DNA from: an uncultured Candidatus Saccharibacteria bacterium
Lineage (GTDB): Bacteria > Patescibacteriota > Minisyncoccia > Phycocordibacterales > GWA1-40-21
Reading direction: 5' to 3'
NCBI GenBank assembly: GCA_964613715.1
Contig: CAZTJK010000002.1
Coordinates: 40,355 to 104,354, forward strand
DNA length: 64,000 nucleotides
Shown here one piece after another: positions 47,924 through 56,468 of this stretch. Made by a program: the position numbers and the translations under genes. How positions within the stretch are numbered: the stretch's first letter is position 1; each line of letters begins with the position of its first letter. A model generated the notes under the pieces. The model had not been told where the DNA came from, made no database searches, and saw nothing but the letters and a program-made list of their open reading frames with translations.

Positions 47924-48625
47924 ATGGGTACAGAATCAAAAGTTACTTTTTGGAATCCAGAGCAGGTTGAATTTGTTTTTCAAAGCTATTTACTTTTAGA
48001 GCGTAAGTTATTAGAAATTCTTAAAGTTTTACCTTTGACACCCGAGAATGAAAATTCTTGGTCTCCCGAGTTGGTAAACATATTTTTGGATACAAGCAGT
48101 TTATTTGAGTCTGTTTGTAAATACGGTGCCTTATATGAGAGTTCTGAACCAAAAATTACAGAAATGAAGGAAAAATTTTTAGAAAAAGATGAGATTAATC
48201 AAGCTCGGGCGATTGTCTACGTATATCCGATACGCATTCTTAATCCATATGATCATTTTTCTTCCGCTGATGGATGGTGGAGGGTCTATCAAGGTTTTAA
48301 ACACAATCGAATAGAAAATTACAAACAAGCAAATCTTATTAATACGCTAAATGTATTGGCCGCACTCTTTCTTATTTTAGCAAAATACAAACAAGAAGAA
48401 TTCTCTAAAGCTCTACTCAGATTCCGGATTACTGACACTGGTTTTGCACCGGAGTTTTTCCATAGAGAGAGGAGTGGCGATCCCCATAAATTTTGGTATG
48501 ACAGCGAACTTTTTGGTACCCCAGAACAAACTAATTCACTTTCTTCTAATGATCCAGCAGATATTAAGACTTATGGAAGCAAGAAATTTCATGCCTTTAT
48601 GGGTCGTTTTAACTTAGCTGCCTAA
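47924..48625 (+). CDS. Hypothetical soluble protein, AT-rich (cargo gene 2)
   Basis: 233 aa; no recognisable motifs; 27 nt after the XRE gene; composition foreign. Confidence 0.55.
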   Translation: MGTESKVTFWNPEQVEFVFQSYLLLERKLLEILKVLPLTPENENSWSPELVNIFLDTSSLFESVCKYGALYESSEPKITEMKEKFLEKDEINQARAIVYVYPIRILNPYDHFSSADGWWRVYQGFKHNRIENYKQANLINTLNVLAALFLILAKYKQEEFSKALLRFRITDTGFAPEFFHRERSGDPHKFWYDSELFGTPEQTNSLSSNDPADIKTYGSKKFHAFMGRFNLAA

Positions 48626-48720
48626 AGTTAGTGGTTCCAAATCCTGTTAGGGTACCCATGTTTAGAATTTCAAACCTCTGAAAATATTGCCTCATTTTCT
48701 CACAAATCTACATTTAACTG
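48626..48720. repeat. Repeat copy B: conserved 3' trailer of tRNA-Glu, homologous to copy A
   Basis: Begins at the cargo-2 stop codon, runs to the CCA end of tRNA-Glu; shares ccaaatcc(c/t)gttagggta... and aaatcta(t/c)atttaa(a/c)tgtggtgacc with copy A. Confidence 0.6.
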
Positions 48721-48795
48721 TGGTGACCTTACGGGGAATCGAACCCCGATTACAGGCTTGAGAAGCCCGTGTCCTAACCGTTAGACGATAAGGCC
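48721..48795 (-). tRNA. tRNA-Glu (anticodon CTC) with encoded CCA
   Basis: rc sequence GGCCTTATCGTCTAACGGTTAGGACACGGGCTTCTCAAGCCTGTAATCGGGGTTCGATTCCCCGTAAGGTCACCA: acceptor 7 bp (one GT), D-stem GTCT/GGAC, anticodon stem CGGGC/GCCTG, loop TTCTCAA, T-arm CGGGG-TTCGATT-CCCCG, discriminator A, CCA. Confidence 0.8.
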
Positions 48796-48875
48796 TGATA
48801 AGAAACCGCACTACTGTACCAATTTTTCAGAGCTTAGGCAAATAAAAAGGGAGACGTATATGTCTCCCCGAGGCA

Positions 48876-49133
48876 TTATTTTGAAGGAATCAGTTTGCAT
48901 AAGCCTCCGTATGCAATCCGCTTGTTGAAAAGATGTTTGCGTTCAGCTTTCTTTCGTCGCGTTCGCTTGTACTGACCGGCAAGGTGATCATGTACGAGTG
49001 CCGAGATATAATTCTCGTTCTCGCTACAGAGCTTTGCCGTACGCCTGATCGCCACATCCATCTTATCGTCGCACTTCTTCATTTCCTCCTTGAAGACCTT
49101 CAGCATGCCATCGAGCGTCAGTGTTGTTGCCAC
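48876..49133 (-). CDS. Hypothetical small basic protein B1
   Basis: 85 aa; strong minus-strand promoter (ttgcaa - 16 - TGgtataaaat) and RBS aaggag; paralogous to 49231..49554 (AIRRTAKLCSENENYISALVHDHLAGQYKRTRRKKAERK vs VIRKAVLKVCGEQHGSVQFCRYIASRLARYRNERKARRK). Confidence 0.6.
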   Translation of the reverse strand: MATTLTLDGMLKVFKEEMKKCDDKMDVAIRRTAKLCSENENYISALVHDHLAGQYKRTRRKKAERKHLFNKRIAYGGLCKLIPSK

Positions 49134-49196
49134 TTTGTTTGCTCCTTCTTTTGGGATTTATCTGAATATTTTATACCATATTTTGAGAATTTTGCA

Positions 49197-49230
49197 AAGA
49201 AAAAGGGAGCACGCATCGCTCCCTTTTGCC
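49197..49230 (-). terminator. Rho-independent terminator (functional on minus strand, also T-run on plus)
   Basis: gggagc-acgcatc-gctccc hairpin with T-runs on both sides. Confidence 0.7.
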
Positions 49231-49554
49231 TTAGTATTCAAGCTGTGGCCAGCCTGGATCTTCGGGCTTCTCTTCTTTTTCCCAGCTCGGCACAGATGCT
49301 TGGCGCAGCATCTCTTCCGTTTCTTTCCTGCGGGCTTTGCGTTCGTTTCGATATCGCGCCAGCCGCGAAGCGATGTACCTGCAGAATTGGACACTGCCAT
49401 GCTGCTCGCCGCAGACCTTCAACACGGCTTTCCGAATGACACTAAATGCATGCCATTTCGGATGCTCTTTCCGTAGATCGTCGAATGCCTTCTTGATCTT
49501 GTGAAAAGTGTTGTTGTCGATCGATAGACTTGATTGCTGTCTGATGATTTCCAC
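49231..49554 (-). CDS. Hypothetical small basic protein B2 (GTG start)
   Basis: 107 aa; RBS aaggagg 6 nt upstream of GTG; paralog of B1. Confidence 0.55.
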   Translation of the reverse strand: MEIIRQQSSLSIDNNTFHKIKKAFDDLRKEHPKWHAFSVIRKAVLKVCGEQHGSVQFCRYIASRLARYRNERKARRKETEEMLRQASVPSWEKEEKPEDPGWPQLEY

Positions 49555-49648
49555 CGCCTACCTCCTTGCAAAATATGTGTGAAAAAGAGCGAACCAGCCA
49601 ACATTATACCAGCAGCTCTTCCTGTTTGTCAAATAGGAGAAATAGGCC

Positions 49649-50101
49649 TTATTTCGTAAGGCTTTCAATCACTTCCTTTACCAGCATGCCGTCGGCCTTG
49701 CCCTTCAGATCCTTCATGATGGAGCCCATGAATTGGCCCATTTTGGCTTTGTCGATAGCTCCTGCGGCAGCGATCTTTTCTTTGACGATTTTTTCGACTT
49801 CTTCCTTGCTCATCATCTGTGGAAGGAATACTTCGAGGATTTTCATTTCAGCAGTCTCATTATCAGCAAGATCCTTTCTGCCGCCCTTTGTAAATTGTTC
49901 AATGGAGTCCTTGCGCTGCTTGACCATGCGGCGGATGACAGCGATCACATCCTCGTCTCCCAGCTCGTCGCCTGCGATCTTTTTCGCGATGATCTCGTTC
50001 ATGAATGCCGCCTGGAGTCCGCGCAGCACCGTAAGGCGCAGCTCGTCTTTCTTGATCATCGCATCCTTGATACCGTCCTTGATTTGCTTGTGTAATGTCA
50101 T
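49649..50101 (-). CDS. yqeY: GatB/YqeY domain protein
   Basis: 150 aa; MTLHKQIKDGIKDAMIKKDELRLTVLRGLQAAF... typical YqeY start and C-terminal GatB-YqeY domain. Confidence 0.85.
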   Translation of the reverse strand: MTLHKQIKDGIKDAMIKKDELRLTVLRGLQAAFMNEIIAKKIAGDELGDEDVIAVIRRMVKQRKDSIEQFTKGGRKDLADNETAEMKILEVFLPQMMSKEEVEKIVKEKIAAAGAIDKAKMGQFMGSIMKDLKGKADGMLVKEVIESLTK

Positions 50102-50145
50102 GCCGGCATTTTAGCATATTCCGGGCTTTTTGATAGAATGGGCGC

Positions 50146-51192
50146 ATGGTTTCCATAATTATCATCATCGCACTCGTCATTATCCTCATTGCGCTCATCG
50201 GCTACATGCTCCTGTCAAAGAAAGGCGCCGCAAAGCCTGATACCGGCCTCCAGCTCGTCTTAAACCAGATCAACGAGCTTTCCCGGACAGTCGATGCCAA
50301 GCTCGGTGACAATGCCAAGCAGATGCATCAGTCACTCAAGGATCAATCAAGCCAATCATTCACCATCATCCGCGATATTACCGAAAAGCTCACGCGCCTC
50401 GACGAGACGAACAAGCAGGTGGTCTCGTTTGCCGATCAGCTGCAGTCGCTCCAGGACATTCTCAAGAATCCGAAACAGCGCGGCATCCTTGGCGAATACT
50501 ATCTCGAGACGCTTTTGAAGAATGTGCTGCCGGCCGGCAGCTACCAGATGCAGCATCCGTTTTCTGACGGCACGATTGTTGATGCTATTGTACGGGTAAA
50601 GGACAAGATCATTCCGGTGGATTCCAAATTCTCACTTGAGAATTACAATCGTATGGCAGAAACCTCTGATAAGACGGAGCGCGATCGCTTGGCGAAGCTC
50701 TTCGTGAATGATCTGAAGATGCGCATCGTCGAGACATCAAAATATATACAGCCGAAAGAGGGGACGATGGATTTCGCATTCATGTTTATTCCACATGAGG
50801 CCATATACTACGATCTCCTGATCAACAAGATCGGCGGCCTCGACGGCGATGATGAGAATCTCATCCAACGCGCAGCATCGAAATACAAAGTCATCATCGT
50901 CTCGCCGACATCATTCCTTGCATATTTGCAGACGGTGCTCCAAGGCCTCAAGGCGCTGCAGATCGAGGAGTCGGCAAAGGATATTAAAAAGAACATTGAA
51001 TCCCTTCAAAAACATCTGAAAAGCTACGAGGAATACCAGAACCGCCTCGGTAATGCACTCTCAACGACAGTGAATCATTTTAATAATTCGAACAAGGAGT
51101 TCAAGAAAATAGATAAGGACGTCGTGCGCATCACCGGTAGGGAATCAGATGTCGAGCTCATCGATGCTATGCGGCCCGAAAGCGACGAATAA
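50146..51192 (+). CDS. rmuC: DNA recombination protein RmuC
   Basis: 348 aa; N-terminal TM, long coiled-coil, C-terminal RmuC nuclease-like region (DFAFMFIPHEAIYYDLL...VIIVSPTSFLAYLQTV). Confidence 0.85.
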   Translation: MVSIIIIIALVIILIALIGYMLLSKKGAAKPDTGLQLVLNQINELSRTVDAKLGDNAKQMHQSLKDQSSQSFTIIRDITEKLTRLDETNKQVVSFADQLQSLQDILKNPKQRGILGEYYLETLLKNVLPAGSYQMQHPFSDGTIVDAIVRVKDKIIPVDSKFSLENYNRMAETSDKTERDRLAKLFVNDLKMRIVETSKYIQPKEGTMDFAFMFIPHEAIYYDLLINKIGGLDGDDENLIQRAASKYKVIIVSPTSFLAYLQTVLQGLKALQIEESAKDIKKNIESLQKHLKSYEEYQNRLGNALSTTVNHFNNSNKEFKKIDKDVVRITGRESDVELIDAMRPESDE

Positions 51193-51396
51193 TAATAGCC
51201 CCGATACGTGTATCGAGGCTATTCTTTTGTATCTGGTTGGAAGACAATACTTTTGAGCGGCGTATCCCTCCGTTCCGCTTTGAGCTTTTGAACTCGTTTT
51301 TCTACCTTTAGAGAGTTCTGCTTTCGTTTCCTCCTCCAGTTCCTCAACCTGTTTTACATCATTTGTATTAACGATGATCAGCTTGCCTTTCGCCAT
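51145..51396 (-). CDS. Questionable small ORF (strong RBS but reads through the rmuC terminator hairpin and overlaps rmuC 3' end)
   Basis: 83 aa; RBS aaaggag 7 nt upstream of ATG on minus strand; 48-nt convergent overlap with rmuC. Confidence 0.3.
   Translation of the reverse strand: MAKGKLIIVNTNDVKQVEELEEETKAELSKGRKTSSKAQSGTEGYAAQKYCLPTRYKRIASIHVSGLLLFVAFGPHSIDELDI
51184..51226 (+). terminator. Palindromic hairpin terminator after rmuC
   Basis: aatagcc-ccgatacgtgtatcg-aggctatt near-perfect palindrome followed by CTTTTGT. Confidence 0.6.
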
Positions 51397-51519
51397 GATT
51401 CATCTCCTTTCCATGGCTTGATCGATGCCAATATGAAGTACCTACTGGCTGTAGTATCTCGGTTCATTGCGTCTTTGTCAACAAGGCTCGGCGTATGCGG
51501 TATGCTACTATGAAAACCT

Positions 51520-53964
51520 ATGAAAAAAGAGGCGAAAAAGACTTTTGCTCCATATGATCATTCCAAAATAGAAGCGAAGTGGCAGAAGGCTTGGGCGGCA
51601 AAAAAAGCCTTTGTTTCGAAGAATGACTCGAAGGATCCGAAGAAATATATCCTGATTGAATTTCCATATCCGTCCGGTGCGGGCCTCCATATGGGCCATA
51701 TGCGGCCATATATCGCCGGAGACGTGGTATCCCGCTATTTCCGCCTCAAAGGCTTCAATGCCATGTATCCGATCGGCTGGGATGCATTCGGCCTGCCTGC
51801 GGAAAACTATGCCATCAAGAATAAAGTGCATCCGCGGGTCTCGACCGCAGCGAATGTGGCAAATGCCAAAAAGCAGCTCCTGTCATGGGGCGTCGGCTTC
51901 GACTGGTCGCGCGAGGTGAATACGACCGACCCTGCATACTACAAGTGGACGCAGTGGCTCTTCCTGCAATTTTTTAAGGCAGGACTTGCGTATGAGAAAG
52001 AAGGCCCGATCAACTGGTGCCCGCAGGATAAGACCGGTCTCGCGAATGAAGAGGTGATCGACGGCAAATGCGAACGCTGTGGCGCAGTCGTGGAAAAGAA
52101 GACGCTCCGGCAATGGTATCTGAAAATTACCGAGTATGCCGACTCGCTCGTCGATGGCCTTGCCAATCTGTCCGAATGGCCCGAGCATATCAGGAAGCAG
52201 CAGGAAAACTGGATTGGCCGCAGCGAAGGCGCGGAGATTGAATTCCAGATCAAGGGTTCGGATAAGAAAATAAAAGTATTCACCACGCGGCCGGATACGC
52301 TTTTCGGCGTTACCTATGTCGTGCTTGCGCCAGAATCGAAATATGTCGATGAGCTGAAATCGAAAATCAAGAATTGGCCGGATGTTGAGAAATATATCGA
52401 GTCACAGAAAGGCAGGACGGATATCGAGCGCACAGCAGAAGGAAAAGAAAAGAGCGGTATCGCACTTGAAGGCATTTCAGTCATAAATCCTGTGAACAAA
52501 GAGGAGGTTCCAGTCTGGCTCGCTGACTACGTGCTCGCCAACTATGGCACTGGCGCCGTCATGGCCGTTCCTGCGCATGACGAGCGCGATTTTGCATTTG
52601 CAGGAAAATATGGCCTGAAAATGATTGATGTTATAGAACCCAATGAAAAATTGATTGATGAATATTATATTCGAAAAAGTATTGATAAGAGATGCTATAC
52701 AGGACAGGGTTTATTGAAAAATTCTGGTAAATTTAATGGAAGAAAGAATACCGAAGTAACGCGCGATATCACCGCATTCGCCGGCGGGAGGATGACCAAG
52801 AAATACCGTCTGCAGGATTGGCTCTTTTCGCGCCAGCGCTATTGGGGCGAGCCGATACCGCTCATTCACTGCGAAAAATGCGGCGTGGTGGCCGTACCAG
52901 AAAAAGACTTGCCGGTAAAATTACCGGATGTGAAGAATTATGAGCCGACGGGCACCGGCGAGTCGCCACTTGCTGCGATTGAAAAATGGGTGAATACCAA
53001 GTGTCCGCAGTGCGGCGGCAAGGCGAAGCGTGAGACGAATACCATGCCGCAATGGGCAGGAAGCTCCTGGTACTGGCTCCGCTATGCTGATCCGAAAAAT
53101 ACAAAAGCATTTGCAGCAAAGGATGCACTGAAATACTGGACGCCAGTAGACCTTTATTTTGGCGGGCTTGAACATACGACGCTCCATCTCCTGTATGCTC
53201 GTTTCTGGAACCAATTTTTATTCGATCAGAAGCTTGTACCGACGAAAGAGCCATTCACGAAGCGTGTGCCGCATGGCATTGTGCTTGGCCCGGACGGCGA
53301 AAAGATGTCAAAAAGCCGCGGTAATGTAGTGAATCCCGATGATATCGTGAAGACATATGGCGCTGATACTATGCGCCTCCATATGCAGTTCCTCGGCCCG
53401 CATGAGGCGCAAGTTGCCTGGAACGATCAGGGCATCATCGGCACTCGCCGTTTTATCGAAAGAGTTTGGAATGCCCAGAAATTCATTGCAGATGCAGAAA
53501 GCACGGAGGTCACTCAGCTTTTGCATAAGACTATCAAGAAAGTTTCTGATGATGTTGAGCAGGCGAGCTTCAATACTGCCATTTCAGCCATGATGATCTT
53601 CATTAAGAATATTGATGAAGCTCACCCAGTCACTCTCGCAAGCTTCAAGGCATTTATTACGCTCCTGTCGCCATTTGCACCGCATGCATGTGAGGAGATA
53701 TGGAAGAATCTCGGCGGGAAAACATTGCTCGTATCTGGCGCCTGGCCGGTATATGATGAAAGCAAGCTAGCCGCGTCGAACGTGAGCATTGCGGTTCAGG
53801 TCAATGGCAAGGTGCGTGCCACCCTTGACGTAGCCTTCGATTCGCCACAGGAAGCAGTCGAAGCGATTGCTTTGAAAAATGAGCATATTGTCAAGTGGAC
53901 CCTCGGCAAGCAAATCCTCAAAAAAATCTTCGTCAAAAACAAAATTCTGAACTTTGTGGTCTAG
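51520..53964 (+). CDS. leuS: Leucyl-tRNA synthetase
   Basis: 814 aa; class I HIGH-type motif (PYPSGAGLHMGHM), KMSKS (EKMSKSRGN), CP1 editing domain, zinc-ribbon CxxC pairs (CERCG, CPQCGG). Confidence 0.95.
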   Translation: MKKEAKKTFAPYDHSKIEAKWQKAWAAKKAFVSKNDSKDPKKYILIEFPYPSGAGLHMGHMRPYIAGDVVSRYFRLKGFNAMYPIGWDAFGLPAENYAIKNKVHPRVSTAANVANAKKQLLSWGVGFDWSREVNTTDPAYYKWTQWLFLQFFKAGLAYEKEGPINWCPQDKTGLANEEVIDGKCERCGAVVEKKTLRQWYLKITEYADSLVDGLANLSEWPEHIRKQQENWIGRSEGAEIEFQIKGSDKKIKVFTTRPDTLFGVTYVVLAPESKYVDELKSKIKNWPDVEKYIESQKGRTDIERTAEGKEKSGIALEGISVINPVNKEEVPVWLADYVLANYGTGAVMAVPAHDERDFAFAGKYGLKMIDVIEPNEKLIDEYYIRKSIDKRCYTGQGLLKNSGKFNGRKNTEVTRDITAFAGGRMTKKYRLQDWLFSRQRYWGEPIPLIHCEKCGVVAVPEKDLPVKLPDVKNYEPTGTGESPLAAIEKWVNTKCPQCGGKAKRETNTMPQWAGSSWYWLRYADPKNTKAFAAKDALKYWTPVDLYFGGLEHTTLHLLYARFWNQFLFDQKLVPTKEPFTKRVPHGIVLGPDGEKMSKSRGNVVNPDDIVKTYGADTMRLHMQFLGPHEAQVAWNDQGIIGTRRFIERVWNAQKFIADAESTEVTQLLHKTIKKVSDDVEQASFNTAISAMMIFIKNIDEAHPVTLASFKAFITLLSPFAPHACEEIWKNLGGKTLLVSGAWPVYDESKLAASNVSIAVQVNGKVRATLDVAFDSPQEAVEAIALKNEHIVKWTLGKQILKKIFVKNKILNFVV

Positions 53965-53982
53965 AAGTCAAGGGGAGTGTTG

Positions 53983-54011
53983 ACTTATTTGGTAACAAGT
54001 GATAGTATGCC
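53983..54011 (+). promoter_or_regulatory. Sigma-70-like promoter
   Basis: ttgact - 17 nt - tagtat upstream of 54065 gene. Confidence 0.45.
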
Positions 54012-54064
54012 TTGACACGACATTGTTGCAATATATCAGCGAATTTTGATTATCAATCACACGC

Positions 54065-55099
54065 ATGAAAACGACTATCAGTTTCAAGCCGAAACAGTCC
54101 GTCAAAAAGCTCCTCACGGCGCTCGGTGATCGTTCCCATGACATCATTGTGAAGCGCTACGGTCTCGGCAAAGATCCTGAACCGATGACGCTCGATGGCA
54201 TCGGCAAGTCCTATGGCATCACCCGTGAACGCGTTCGCCAGATAGAAAATCACGCTATCAGCGTCATTCGCAAATCAAAAGCCTATGGCGAAGAAAAGGC
54301 GGTATTCGAAGAGATCGAAAAGCTCATCCATTCGCTTGGCGGCATTGTGGTCGAGCAGGACCTGCTCGACCATGTTTCAAAGGATGCAAGCACCCAGAGC
54401 CAGATGAATTTCCTTTTGACTGTTGGTCATCCGTTTACCAAGATGAAAGAAGACGACGATTTCCGCCACCGCTGGTTCATCGACAAGGAACTTCGCGAAC
54501 GGATCGAAATTTCCCTCAAAAAGCTCTATGAGAGCCTGAAAGACGATGAGCTCGTTTCCGAGCCGGAAATGATCAAGAAATTCCTCAGCTACATCGAGAA
54601 TGTTTCCGACCAATATAAGAACGAGGAAATCGCCAAGCGCTGGCTCTCGCTTTCGAAGCGTGTGGGCAAGAATCCGCTCGGCGAATGGGGCAGATCAAAG
54701 TCTCCGAATATTTCGACGAAAGGCATGCGCGACTATGCGTATTTGGTTATCCGCAAGCATGGCTCGCCGATCCATTTCCGCGAAGTGGCCAAGGCCATCA
54801 CGACCGTTTTCAATAAGAAGGCGCATGTCGCGACGACCCATAACGAGCTCATTAAGGATCCGCGCTTCGTGCTTGTCGGTCGCGGTCTCTATGCGCTGTC
54901 CGAGTGGGGCTATATGTCCGGCGTGGTAAAAGATGTCATCAAAAAGCTCATCGACAAGAACGGCCCGATGACGAAGAAAGACATTGTCGAGAAGGTTATG
55001 AAGGAGCGCTATGTGAAGGAAAATACCATCGTCATCAATCTCCAGAACAAGAAATATTTCAAGAAGAATAAGGACGGGAAATACGAAGTAGCGAAATAA
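54065..55099 (+). CDS. Sigma-70 region 4 domain + HARE-HTH domain protein (putative transcription-associated DNA-binding protein)
   Basis: 344 aa; N-terminus LTALGDRSHDIIVKRYGLG...TLDGIGKSYGITRERVRQIENHAISVIRK is a textbook sigma-70 region 4 HTH; C-terminus PIHFREVAKAIT...RFVLVGRGLYALSEWGY resembles the HARE-HTH / RNAP delta N-terminal fold; no sigma region 2. Confidence 0.5.
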   Translation: MKTTISFKPKQSVKKLLTALGDRSHDIIVKRYGLGKDPEPMTLDGIGKSYGITRERVRQIENHAISVIRKSKAYGEEKAVFEEIEKLIHSLGGIVVEQDLLDHVSKDASTQSQMNFLLTVGHPFTKMKEDDDFRHRWFIDKELRERIEISLKKLYESLKDDELVSEPEMIKKFLSYIENVSDQYKNEEIAKRWLSLSKRVGKNPLGEWGRSKSPNISTKGMRDYAYLVIRKHGSPIHFREVAKAITTVFNKKAHVATTHNELIKDPRFVLVGRGLYALSEWGYMSGVVKDVIKKLIDKNGPMTKKDIVEKVMKERYVKENTIVINLQNKKYFKKNKDGKYEVAK

Positions 55100-55104
55100 G
55101 GAAC

Positions 55105-55140
55105 AAAGGGCGGCGGGCCTTCGGCCCGCCGCCCTTTTGT
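55105..55140 (+). terminator. Rho-independent terminator
   Basis: gggcggcgggcc-ttcg-ggcccgccgccc hairpin + TTTTGT. Confidence 0.85.
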
Positions 55141-55178
55141 ATTCAAGCCCATTTTTGCTATACTGTCCCTATACAGCC

Positions 55179-56465
55179 ATGTCAAACGTCGTTCTCAATT
55201 CCATACAACACTCCCTGTCCCCGGCAGTCCTCAAGTTCCTCATCATCGTCTTGCCGATAGCGATCCCGCTCATCCTGATCTATACCTGGTGGGTGCTGCG
55301 CCTGCGCTATATCCAGATAAAGTTCATTGAAAAGCAGAAGCCCTGTTTGCTTGAAATCAAGCTGCCGAAGGAGATATTCAAGTCTCCGGCCGCTATGGAA
55401 ATATTCTTCTCCTACCTGGCTCCCGGCGGCGCCGGAAATATCGGCGAGGCGTTCATCGATGGCGAAACGCGACCATGCTTTTCCTGCGAGCTTGTTTCCA
55501 CCGAAGGGGAAGTGCGTTTTTTCATTTGGTGCCGCCAGGTCAAGTATAAGTCGATAGTCGAGGCACAACTCTATGCCCAGTATCCGAATGTTGAGATTTA
55601 CGAAGTGCCGGAGGCCGAAGCCTATACGAATAGTATCGTATTTGATCTCGACAAATATGCGATCAATTTGATGCAATTCGGCTTTACGAAGCCCGATCCA
55701 TACCCGATAAAGACATACATTGACTATGGCCTCGACCAGGATCAGAAAGACGAATACAAGATCGACCCGATGACTGCCGTTATCGAATTCTTGGGCTCCA
55801 TAAAGAAAGGCGAGCATGTCTGGATACAGATTCTCATTCAGAAGCACGAAAAGGAGGATTGGAAGCATGGCGTCTGGAAGGCCGAGAAAGATCTCAAAAA
55901 GGAGACCGAAAAGGAGATAGAAGCAATCCGCCAGAAAGCCGTGCCGAAATCAGAAGATGACGACGAGAAGACATTCAAATTCCCGAATCCGACGAAGACC
56001 CAGACGGAAATCATCACCGCGCTTGAGCGTAGTGCCGGCAAGCAGGCATTCGATACCATGATCCGCACGGCATATATCGCTGAGAAAAGTTCCTTCAACA
56101 AGATCATGCTTTCAGCGATGTCCGGCGCATTCCGCCAGTATGGTTCCCAGCATCTAAACGGCCTGAAGCCAGTATTCGGTACGGACTTAAATAATTTCCA
56201 GAAGGATATCAGCCGCATTTTTCCGTTCCTTGAAAAAGGATTTACAAAAAAGGTAAACGGCTATCGCAAAAAGCTTTTCCATGCCTACAAGCTCCGCTCA
56301 TTCTTCCAGTGGCCGTACAAGTTTTACAAGGCAAAGCCATTTATCATGACCACCGAAGAGCTTGCCACCATTTTCCATTTCCCGAGTATCATCGTCTCCC
56401 AGACGCCGACTTTGAAGCGCGTCAGCTCGAAGAAATCCGAGGCGCCGTCAAACCTGCCGATATAA
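55179..56465 (+). CDS. Hypothetical membrane-anchored protein
   Basis: About 428 aa from ATG 55179 (tatact -10 box 13 nt upstream, leaderless-like); N-terminal TM, then soluble K/E-rich domain; no family recognised. Confidence 0.55.
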   Translation: MSNVVLNSIQHSLSPAVLKFLIIVLPIAIPLILIYTWWVLRLRYIQIKFIEKQKPCLLEIKLPKEIFKSPAAMEIFFSYLAPGGAGNIGEAFIDGETRPCFSCELVSTEGEVRFFIWCRQVKYKSIVEAQLYAQYPNVEIYEVPEAEAYTNSIVFDLDKYAINLMQFGFTKPDPYPIKTYIDYGLDQDQKDEYKIDPMTAVIEFLGSIKKGEHVWIQILIQKHEKEDWKHGVWKAEKDLKKETEKEIEAIRQKAVPKSEDDDEKTFKFPNPTKTQTEIITALERSAGKQAFDTMIRTAYIAEKSSFNKIMLSAMSGAFRQYGSQHLNGLKPVFGTDLNNFQKDISRIFPFLEKGFTKKVNGYRKKLFHAYKLRSFFQWPYKFYKAKPFIMTTEELATIFHFPSIIVSQTPTLKRVSSKKSEAPSNLPI

Positions 56466-56468
56466 TTC

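Larger units (their letters stand above)
44166..48720. mobile_element. Putative tRNA-Glu-associated accessory islet: three AT-rich cargo genes in tandem, each followed by a partial tRNA-3'-end-like repeat; no integrase in window
   Basis: Interrupts the dcw cluster after murF; compositional break (cargo genes visibly AT-rich); direct repeats sharing tRNA-Glu 3'-end sequence (TGGTGACC) at 45015, 47100 and at the tRNA itself (48721); two paralogous XRE regulator modules. Confidence 0.45.
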
